This document shows, piece by piece, positions 55,795-64,000 of a stretch of DNA of 64,000 bases (within the stretch, counting starts at the first letter, position 1; every line of letters begins with the position of its first letter). The translations under genes and the position numbers were made by a program. The stretch comes from a virus: the IMG/VR virus record IMGVR_UViG_3300025083_000017, positions 5,293 through 69,292 of that record, one strand, 5' to 3'. The notes beneath the pieces were generated by a model. That model was not told the DNA's origin. It did no database searches and worked only from the letters and a program-made list of their open reading frames with translations.

Positions 55795-58700
55795 GAAGAG
55801 CTCTTATGAGTGGAGCATTGGACTGATCGATCGATGTACTCACTATCTTGACACGGAAAGATCCAAATGGTACCAAATCATCAATTGTAAATTTATACTC
55901 TTTGTAGAGGTTCACAGACGGCTCTGGTTGATAAGAATCAATCGTAGGCACTCTTACATCAGATGTACCATTATTGTTCGAGATATCAATGATAGAACCA
56001 TTACTAGCAATATTCGAATATCCTGGGAATGGAATAAAGACTGTCTCTTCCGCCCTAGTATCCTGGTTCAATGCATAGAATAGTCTAATATCATTATTGT
56101 TAGAAATGTATGCGTCTAATATAACTTGGAGAGAAGTTGCAGGATTCTCAAGAACAATATTCTTAGAAACATATACAAACGCATTTGGATCATTTTCAGT
56201 ACCATTGACTCTAAAGTCAGATGCATAATTAGTAACCGGCCTATTTACTCGGTTTGATGTAAAGACTACAGAAGCATTATCCAAGTCAATTGCAGGACTC
56301 AATCTTTCGTCAGTAGTAAACATACTGAACAACATAGAGAATGATTTCTGGCCAGGATATACGTCACTATTCAAATATAGAGACTCATTCAGTGGCGATG
56401 CAATCATTCTCTGAGAGTTGAAGTAATTTTTAGTGAAGAGATTAACCTGTTCATACCCCTCATCGGCGTATGCCTGTTGATTTCCAGAAATACTTGATGC
56501 AGAGACTGTTCTTACTTGAGAGATTAAATTAGTACCAGTTGGCGTGATTGTAGTTACTTTTGGTGTAATTAACGAGTACGGTAAGTTATAAGAACCTGCA
56601 ACATCTGGACCACCACCAACAGTTCTTTCATTAAAGTACAATGGGGGAAATCCATCTGCATTACCGACTGCTCTATTAGTACCACCAATGTTCATCTGAA
56701 CTTTGATATAGTAGTAATCCAGACCAATAGGTGCCTCTACTAAATCACTTGCATTAACATTTGAAAGTAGATGTTGTCTATTAATTCTTCTCAATGAAAC
56801 ACCATTTAATTCATACTTACTAACAAGTTCTCCCAGATCGTGAGTTGCAATTTGTGTATTATCAATTCCTCTTACAATACCAGTCAGTGTTCTACCATTC
56901 ACACCATTGTAACTGATAATTTCGTCTCCGATCTTAACATAGCCAGGATTAGTGGCACCAACTCCAATATTTTCAAATCTATTGAATTCAGTTGCGACAC
57001 CATCAAGAGTAATAAATGTAGTTGTATTAAATTGATATTCTTGGGCAAGACTGATTGGGGTAGAATTTGAAACTACATCAGTAATAGTAAGTCTATCTAC
57101 ATTCGAATGTAAACCATGATTTCTTTGGAACACTCTAATATAATCACCATTTGTTACAACGTTTATTGGAGAAACAGGAATTACATCTCCACCAACACTA
57201 GAATTGAGTTCTGTCGTAATACCACTATTGTTATCATAATGTAATGGGTAACCTGAATTAGTTACAAAATTACCTTGAACATTATTCAATATCAGAGTGT
57301 TATTTCCGAGAATCGATTCCACAGAAAGTTGCATTCCAGAACCAAGATTAACACTACCCAAATTGACTGGAGTTAATACATCACCAACAACATAGCCAAC
57401 ACCCCCATTGTTTATAGTTGCTGCTGTAGCAGAACCATTAGTAATAGTAATATTTGCAGTAGCATTTAATCCTGTACCAGTAATTGAAGTTAGCGCAACT
57501 CCAGTGTATGATTGACTACCACTTGCAGGTACATACCCACTACCCACATTTGTAAGTGAAAGATTTGATGTAGCAGATCCTGCAAATGCAACCAATGTGC
57601 CAGTTGCACCAATATTGAGTTGTTTGACGGTATTGCCTACAGTTAGATCAGCATCTTGAACCGTAGTTCCAAGACCAACTCTAATTTCTCTAGAATTCAT
57701 AGAGAGACCAGTTGGATCAATCTGCGAAAGTGATGTAGGTAGATTTGGGTTAAAGAATTGAACGTTACCAGAAGGGTTAAACGAAGATCTAAAAATCTCA
57801 AACTTAAGGTCTTCATACTGACTTGGAGTCCATACCGAAGCATTTTGAGATTTGAACAAAGAACCAAGAAGAGGTTGTTCTGTTACAAGAATCTGACCAG
57901 CCTCTTGGTCTATAGTTCTTACGTCAGCCTCACCCAATCTACTAATCCATACCTTCCACTCAACTGAGTGTGAGAGTAGAACCATAGCATATTCAGTTCC
58001 ACCGGTTAGAAATACTGGAGATTCTAATGTAATGGTATATGGAATAGAACCATCTTCGCTGGTGGTCACGTTTGCAGGTTCAATGTCAACTTCAGAGAAA
58101 GCAAGAACAGTCTCTGTTGGCGTTCCAAGTCTACATTCTCTCAACTGGAAAGTTGCTGGAAGGTTTGCATCTTTTGCTTGGAAGAATACATTGACTTTAG
58201 TAACAAAAATTCCAGTCTCATCATCAACACGGAATGTTTGCGCAAGAGGGTCTCCTCCAAAAATGCGTCGGCGTGGTGGTCGAGTTGGTCTTCGTATAAT
58301 ATTATTTGTGATGTTGTTACGCGTTACATTAGTAACATTGGTTACATTAGTAATAAAATCTTGCTGGATATTTGTGATGTCTTGCTCGATTGTAGTTGTA
58401 ACTTCAAATCCACTTTCAACTGCAATAGTATTAGTTGTGAAATTATCACCAAGACTTCTTAATTGACTAAAGTCTTCAGTTTCAACTGAAGCATTTCTCA
58501 AAGAGAGTGTTGTTCCTTGAGTGACATCTACATCACCCTGTGAATAGAATGTCCCTTCTCCTGCAGTGGTTGTGGCTCCTTCAATCTGACTGTTAATTCT
58601 ACTACTGGTAAGTCTAAATCTTGATCTGCCAGTTTCAAACGTTGGGTTAGCGTTGTTTGCACCATCAGGTACTCTGAATGAAGCCTGTACAGTACCAACA

Positions 58701-61700
58701 CCATCACTAATAAGTCTTACGTTAGTGACTCTTGCTTGGGCACCACTAGTCCTACCCGTCAAAATCATTCCTCTTGAGATATAACCACTAAACTGTGGAA
58801 AATCTTCAGAAGCAAGACTGAATGTATCGACGTTTACAGTACTAGAAGATTCTGAATAAACAGTATTGACAGAAACGTTTCTGTCATAAGGACTTTGATC
58901 GTAAAGATCTGTTGGGTTATTATATGGACCATACTTATGATCAGACTTTGCAACTCTAAAGTCGATACGTGGAGTGGAGCTGGAATTATTTCTTCTAGAA
59001 CCACCGTTATTCAATCTACCATTAACAAGTTCACCGACGACGAATGCCCCATGAATCATTTCAATTTCAATCAACTTAGGTACAACAAACCTGTTTACAT
59101 TTACTTGATCAAAGAATGAATAAAGTCTAGTATAAGGTCTGAATCTTGTTGCAGTAACTTCAATATTCCGAGATCTCATGAAGTGAATGATATCTCTTCT
59201 TACAACTCTATCTCCAAGAGATTCTGTCTCAATTACTTCATTAACTGTAGATTGTGTTCCAGATCTTTGTTGATCTAGTGTAACTCCACCACTTGCAGAA
59301 ATGTTATTGACAATTGCATCACTTGCATCAACAATCTGATCAACACCAACATCTCTTCCACGAAGAAGATTATCTACAAGACCATTTGATACTACATCAG
59401 ACGCACCTTGAACGAATTGTTGATCATTTGACAATGACATGTTCAAGTTAACACCAACAGTTTCCCATGAATTCCACAGAACAGGACTTACACCAGTTCT
59501 TGAACCATCTGCATTGGTTGTTACTTCTGCACCAAGAGATTCCGCAATACCTTGGAATGAACCTTCCATCATTACGTTGTTGACTTCAAGTCTATTGACA
59601 TCAATCCAAACATCAACATCTGGAGTTAACCTAATATTACCTTGCCAGAACTGAATTAGGAAAGGAGTTACACTTTCAATTCTTGTTGCATATGGTTGTG
59701 TTAGCCAAGATCTGTCAGTGTAGTCAAGAGTGATAACTCTTCCGGTTCTCTGAATCCCATTACCAACAATCTCTGCGAATTGAGAATCTTGGTTGGTATC
59801 CGAAGTTTCTCCAATTCCGGTAATTGCAGTTGTTCCTAGTTGGAGATTGACTGCGGTAGTATAGTGTGAAGGTCTTAAGATACCTTTTCTAGTATCAACA
59901 CTATTTTTGATACCAATCGTAGAATCTTGGGGTTCAAGAGAAGAGAAGTTATCTACGAAAATACCAGACTTAAACCTATTATTACCATTTGAATCTTCTA
60001 CAAACATATTGAGAGTATTCGACTCAATTTGACTCAAGGAAGTGTAGTACTCAAGATTTTTAATTCTCTGCTCAAGTTTGGCGATATCAGTCATTTGATA
60101 TCTCTTATGTTCTACAAAATTAATTTTTGCATCAGAGGTGTTATATAAGTATGCAGGTAGGAAAACATTTGCAATATTCATTGCTCCACTGATACTATCA
60201 GGAAGTCTTGGTTGATCCTGAGGGGTACCTTCAATTACGCTTATAGAACCCAATTTATCAATATAAATTCTATCTGCTCTTGGGAGATAATATTCATAAC
60301 CAAGAGTCATTACTTCATCCGAAGCAATAATATGGTTAGAACTATGTTGATTCCCATCAACAGTATCTACAAAATTTCTACCGTCAAATTCTAGTGGTGA
60401 TCTTGCACCAGCAGCAACGACATAATCAGTTACTCTAGGTCTTACATCAATAATATCTGAATTTCTATGTCCATTTACTGTAGACAATTTAGCATAGTCA
60501 AAATTATTATAAGAATTTGCTGTGGTGATATCACCTTGATCCGCAGGATCATAATATGCAGTTTGATAGTAAACCCTCAGTCTTCTAGAAGGAATTCCTG
60601 CAGAACCCTTTCTGATAATTCTTGAGTAATCATAATAACCACCTTTCTGACCATTAGAGAACTTAAAATCTTTGGTGATATTTTTAGAACCCAGTTTTGC
60701 GCTGTTGACAATACCATTGGTTGATGACAGATTACCAGATACAATTTCCCCATTTTGGAAAGTTGAACTATTCAAATAGATAAAATATACTTTAGTATCT
60801 GTAAATCTCTCTACATATATTGCCTTGGCTCCACTAGTTTGACCAGTCAGTGTCTCACCGATAAGTAAATCATTAGTTGTTCCACTAACACCATCCATTT
60901 GAGATATTGTCATAAATGGAGCAACAGGATCTCCCACATCATCAGATTGGAATATGCCATAAATCTTAGTCACATCTGGGGTATTCAGACAAATAACTTC
61001 GTCCTGTACTCTTGTTCCAAATGGATAGTTTCCTGCAACCAATCCATCAGCTAAAGTCGTAGAACCAATACCGGAGGCAGCTGAGCTTGACTTGTCGATA
61101 ATAATACTATTAGAGACAGAATTCAGTTTAGTTTTAGATGTAATATTACTTTTTCTGATTGTAGTAATAAGTGTGGTGTCAACATCATCTGCACCCAGAC
61201 CAGTAATTTGAACTGATGCAAATCCATTAGTAAATACAAACTTGTCTTCAGTAAGAACCTCAGTCTGACCATTTGACCGAATTAAAGTATATTTTTCTTC
61301 GTCAAAGGGCAAGAATACTTCATTATCTCCAGCATTAATAACTGCAGTAGAATTAGATGTGATATTTGTATTATACTGTCTTCTGATAACAATATCAGAG
61401 TCAATCAGGTTTACAGACGCAACATTACTTTTGGGGAATGCACTATACAGTGATTCATTATCGGTAAGATTGCCAGAACCGGAATTTCGTTGAGCTCTAG
61501 TACTGATTATCTGTACATTTGAAACTGTCTCAGTTCCTGCAGGAAGAGCACCATCACATATACCAGCAACTGTTGTTATACCACTAACTGTAATATTGGT
61601 TCTACCAACTCCGGTAATTCTTGCAAATGTTGCTGCATCTAGATTAGTTCTAGAGAACCTTACGAGGTTACCAACAGTGGCAATACCAACAAAAGAGAAG

Positions 61701-63478
61701 CCAGGATTTACTGGAATTGAAATTCTTGAAGAATTTGCAATTTGTGGTGAACAAGTTGCATTACCAATATCAAAAACTGGAGTTTGAATAATATCTGCAG
61801 TAAATGTATTCCCAGTTCCTACAATACCAAATACCGATTTAGTATCTGACAGTGAGAAGTTAGTTGACTCAGTGACAAATCTTGCATTATCAAGAACACC
61901 GTTAAATAAAAGTCTTTCACCATTAAAGAAATCACCTTCAACACTATATGCAGTAATTGCTGTTCCTGCACTTACCGAATACTTAAGAAATCCAGTTGCT
62001 CCACTTGACTCACCTTTAATATAGGAAGATGTGTTAAGAGTTACTGGTTCATTGAGTGTAATATCAGTGTAGGTTTGAACATCAAAGAGTGAGAGATCCC
62101 AAACATTCAAATTTGGGAAGGTTGTATCATAAGAACCAGACTCAAGCACAAAGTCATAGATTCTTGCAATACCAATTTCTTTACCTGGCGCAGTTTCTTG
62201 ATTTACACCAACTCTTCTACTTCTAAGACTCAGGGTATTTGAAGTATTGATACCAATAGTCGGAGATCCAAAGACCCTATTCAGTGCTATAGTTGGACCG
62301 AAACCAAAATTAAGACCTTGATTTTGTAATTGCTTAGTTGCTCTTGGTTTTGGGAAGTCAATTAAAGAAGGTACTATAGTTTCTACTTCGTAACCTTTGA
62401 CATATGCTTTACCTGGAGAAATTTTATAAACTCCGATATTGTCATCAGGTGTATTTCCAGACTGAGTAGTTTGACCGGGATTATATATTCCTCGGTTTCC
62501 TTCTTCGTTGTTTAGACTGTTTTTTACAGTAGTAACAAATTCTTTTACATAATAATGACCAGATTCATCAAAAGTTCTTTTTGCAAACTCATCACCTAAG
62601 AAATTATACTCAGTATCTGTATTAATTGATCTTAGAACACCATTACTAACTTCTGAAAGTTGAACAAAGTTACTTTCATCAAAATTATCGAGAGGCTTTT
62701 TAGCTAATATTGGTGTTATACTAAGTCTATCTGCACCTGGTGCTGTATAATTATTAAATCCTTGAGCGTTATCACTCAACGATGGGTCAACATCAGAAGA
62801 AATGATCTCCTCAATAATATCGAGACCAACTCTATAAGATGGAGTATTACTATACTGATCAAGAATTAGAGTCTGAGTTGCAACATCGACAAAATAACCT
62901 CTCAAGAAATAAATTCCTTGTGAAAGGTTGAAAGACGAACCGATAATAGGAGCATTTTGTGGAATCGTAGAACAAAATCCCTCACCAGATGCAATGAAAG
63001 TTGATGCGTAGTTAATATTTGTACTGGTGGTTAAAATTTCTCCACTGATAAAAGTACTTACATCCTCTTCAGAAGATGAGTCTTCGTAGTTGACGTATAG
63101 TGTATAAGTTCCTCTATCTGACTCATCCTCGGTGATATAAGTTACAACACGTGCAGTTACGTTTGATGATTTGCCAGTAATAATCGTCCCGACTAATTGA
63201 TCGAGATATATGCTTACAGGTATACCAAGAAACTCAGGTTCAATCTGAATTCCATAAAAGTCTTTGACATAGGTCAAATCACCAGGAATAACCTTAGCAC
63301 CTTCTTTGAAGAAATGGTTGCCCATGTCTTCGACTTGATTCTGAAGAATTGACTGCAGTCCAGTTAATTCTCTAGCCTGAACTGGATAGCCAGGTTTGAA
63401 AAGAATCTTATAATAATTTTGGTCAGGATCAAAGTCGTCAAAATATGGAGCGACGTTTAGATTAGTTTCCTGTGGCAT
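55775..63478 (-). CDS. Giant virion structural protein, VrlC/DUF4815-like
   Basis: PYFDDFD, VQARELT, APGADRL, RIKNLEYYTSL, DPLAQTF, GSLFKSQN; usual position after gp8. Confidence 0.88.
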   Translation of the reverse strand: MPQETNLNVAPYFDDFDPDQNYYKILFKPGYPVQARELTGLQSILQNQVEDMGNHFFKEGAKVIPGDLTYVKDFYGIQIEPEFLGIPVSIYLDQLVGTIITGKSSNVTARVVTYITEDESDRGTYTLYVNYEDSSSEEDVSTFISGEILTTSTNINYASTFIASGEGFCSTIPQNAPIIGSSFNLSQGIYFLRGYFVDVATQTLILDQYSNTPSYRVGLDIIEEIISSDVDPSLSDNAQGFNNYTAPGADRLSITPILAKKPLDNFDESNFVQLSEVSNGVLRSINTDTEYNFLGDEFAKRTFDESGHYYVKEFVTTVKNSLNNEEGNRGIYNPGQTTQSGNTPDDNIGVYKISPGKAYVKGYEVETIVPSLIDFPKPRATKQLQNQGLNFGFGPTIALNRVFGSPTIGINTSNTLSLRSRRVGVNQETAPGKEIGIARIYDFVLESGSYDTTFPNLNVWDLSLFDVQTYTDITLNEPVTLNTSSYIKGESSGATGFLKYSVSAGTAITAYSVEGDFFNGERLLFNGVLDNARFVTESTNFSLSDTKSVFGIVGTGNTFTADIIQTPVFDIGNATCSPQIANSSRISIPVNPGFSFVGIATVGNLVRFSRTNLDAATFARITGVGRTNITVSGITTVAGICDGALPAGTETVSNVQIISTRAQRNSGSGNLTDNESLYSAFPKSNVASVNLIDSDIVIRRQYNTNITSNSTAVINAGDNEVFLPFDEEKYTLIRSNGQTEVLTEDKFVFTNGFASVQITGLGADDVDTTLITTIRKSNITSKTKLNSVSNSIIIDKSSSAASGIGSTTLADGLVAGNYPFGTRVQDEVICLNTPDVTKIYGIFQSDDVGDPVAPFMTISQMDGVSGTTNDLLIGETLTGQTSGAKAIYVERFTDTKVYFIYLNSSTFQNGEIVSGNLSSTNGIVNSAKLGSKNITKDFKFSNGQKGGYYDYSRIIRKGSAGIPSRRLRVYYQTAYYDPADQGDITTANSYNNFDYAKLSTVNGHRNSDIIDVRPRVTDYVVAAGARSPLEFDGRNFVDTVDGNQHSSNHIIASDEVMTLGYEYYLPRADRIYIDKLGSISVIEGTPQDQPRLPDSISGAMNIANVFLPAYLYNTSDAKINFVEHKRYQMTDIAKLEQRIKNLEYYTSLSQIESNTLNMFVEDSNGNNRFKSGIFVDNFSSLEPQDSTIGIKNSVDTRKGILRPSHYTTAVNLQLGTTAITGIGETSDTNQDSQFAEIVGNGIQRTGRVITLDYTDRSWLTQPYATRIESVTPFLIQFWQGNIRLTPDVDVWIDVNRLEVNNVMMEGSFQGIAESLGAEVTTNADGSRTGVSPVLWNSWETVGVNLNMSLSNDQQFVQGASDVVSNGLVDNLLRGRDVGVDQIVDASDAIVNNISASGGVTLDQQRSGTQSTVNEVIETESLGDRVVRRDIIHFMRSRNIEVTATRFRPYTRLYSFFDQVNVNRFVVPKLIEIEMIHGAFVVGELVNGRLNNGGSRRNNSSSTPRIDFRVAKSDHKYGPYNNPTDLYDQSPYDRNVSVNTVYSESSSTVNVDTFSLASEDFPQFSGYISRGMILTGRTSGAQARVTNVRLISDGVGTVQASFRVPDGANNANPTFETGRSRFRLTSSRINSQIEGATTTAGEGTFYSQGDVDVTQGTTLSLRNASVETEDFSQLRSLGDNFTTNTIAVESGFEVTTTIEQDITNIQQDFITNVTNVTNVTRNNITNNIIRRPTRPPRRRIFGGDPLAQTFRVDDETGIFVTKVNVFFQAKDANLPATFQLRECRLGTPTETVLAFSEVDIEPANVTTSEDGSIPYTITLESPVFLTGGTEYAMVLLSHSVEWKVWISRLGEADVRTIDQEAGQILVTEQPLLGSLFKSQNASVWTPSQYEDLKFEIFRSSFNPSGNVQFFNPNLPTSLSQIDPTGLSMNSREIRVGLGTTVQDADLTVGNTVKQLNIGATGTLVAFAGSATSNLSLTNVGSGYVPASGSQSYTGVALTSITGTGLNATANITITNGSATAATINNGGVGYVVGDVLTPVNLGSVNLGSGMQLSVESILGNNTLILNNVQGNFVTNSGYPLHYDNNSGITTELNSSVGGDVIPVSPINVVTNGDYIRVFQRNHGLHSNVDRLTITDVVSNSTPISLAQEYQFNTTTFITLDGVATEFNRFENIGVGATNPGYVKIGDEIISYNGVNGRTLTGIVRGIDNTQIATHDLGELVSKYELNGVSLRRINRQHLLSNVNASDLVEAPIGLDYYYIKVQMNIGGTNRAVGNADGFPPLYFNERTVGGGPDVAGSYNLPYSLITPKVTTITPTGTNLISQVRTVSASSISGNQQAYADEGYEQVNLFTKNYFNSQRMIASPLNESLYLNSDVYPGQKSFSMLFSMFTTDERLSPAIDLDNASVVFTSNRVNRPVTNYASDFRVNGTENDPNAFVYVSKNIVLENPATSLQVILDAYISNNNDIRLFYALNQDTRAEETVFIPFPGYSNIASNGSIIDISNNNGTSDVRVPTIDSYQPEPSVNLYKEYKFTIDDLVPFGSFRVKIVSTSIDQSNAPLIRALRAIAFA

Positions 63479-63483
63479 ATCTC

Positions 63484-64000
63484 TTAGAATTGCAAGATAA
63501 CTTTAACATCTTCTTTCTGAGAAGAGGATCGGGTAACAGAAGGTCTATTATCAACATAAATGATATCACCAGAATATTTTTGTGATTCTGGATTTGATAC
63601 TCCTTTTGTGAATTCCTGACCCAAGTAGTATGTCCTACTATTTATTGCAGTAGAAACGCCAGTAAAGTTCGCATCAATAGTCAATGTATTGCCTGAAGTA
63701 GGAACAATATTAACAGTACCACCGTTAGTGGGTGATGAAGTAAATTCTAGCTGATTAAATCCATAGACAGGTACAGTATTTTTTGTTCCATCCGTATTAA
63801 ATCCAGAAGTTCTTCTATCTTGCCAATACTTCAAAACACCGGTCTGTTCATCATAAGAAACAACCTTTCCTACAGCAGTAGAACCAAGTCCAACAGTTTG
63901 AGTTATAAAGGAATCTGGAGCAAATACTGCTTCACTATAACCAGTACCCACTAATTTAAGTGCATACAGAGCACTTGCTTTATCTTTGGTAAGAAATGAA
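63484..64000 (-). CDS. gp8: Baseplate wedge protein gp8, 3' part (begins beyond the window)
   Basis: C-terminal SGDIIYVDNRPSVTRSSSQKEDVKVILQF; frame open to the window edge. Confidence 0.88.
   Translation of the reverse strand, partial: SFLTKDKASALYALKLVGTGYSEAVFAPDSFITQTVGLGSTAVGKVVSYDEQTGVLKYWQDRRTSGFNTDGTKNTVPVYGFNQLEFTSSPTNGGTVNIVPTSGNTLTIDANFTGVSTAINSRTYYLGQEFTKGVSNPESQKYSGDIIYVDNRPSVTRSSSQKEDVKVILQF

Noticed and set aside
1-64000. Numerous plus-strand ORFs in the track (e.g. 6289..6843, 48954..49631, 52923..53531)
   Set aside because: All lie antisense to well-supported minus-strand genes, lack RBS or recognisable motifs, and read as codon shadows.
1-64000. tRNA genes, photosynthesis genes, integrase or transposase
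   Set aside because: No cloverleaf-like intergenic segments or such protein motifs were recognised by eye; tRNAscan would be needed to fully exclude tRNAs.

Overview
64 kb of a T4-like marine cyanomyovirus genome (Kyanoviridae-type; host probably a picocyanobacterium, which is inference). Essentially every real gene is on the minus strand. Read in transcription order (high to low coordinates): gp8 3' end, giant VrlC/DUF4815-like virion protein, neck/terminase (gp13-17), sheath/tube/portal/prohead/capsid (gp18-23), an inserted GIY-YIG endonuclease and S74-chaperone fibre gene, gp3-uvsY-uvsW, gp55-gp47-gp46, 2OG-Fe(II) oxygenase, CobT/CobS-like VWA-AAA pair, gp45-gp44-gp62-regA-hsp20-gp43-uvsX-gp41-mazG, an accessory block, and a late block of putative internal head proteins including a nucleotidyltransferase and an HNH protein. 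The most notable feature is a translationally coupled cassette at 8623-11245: CmoA-like carboxy-SAM synthase + asparagine-synthetase-like ATP amide ligase + C5-cytosine MTase whose motif X Asn is replaced by Arg. It is predicted to write 5-carboxymethylcytosine and then amidate it. Other highlights: a ROSE-like thermometer and a candidate sRNA upstream of hsp20, a small protein carrying a copy of the capsid N-arm, promoters embedded in terminator hairpins, and an antisense promoter at gp55. All family assignments come from motif recognition and synteny; no searches were run.
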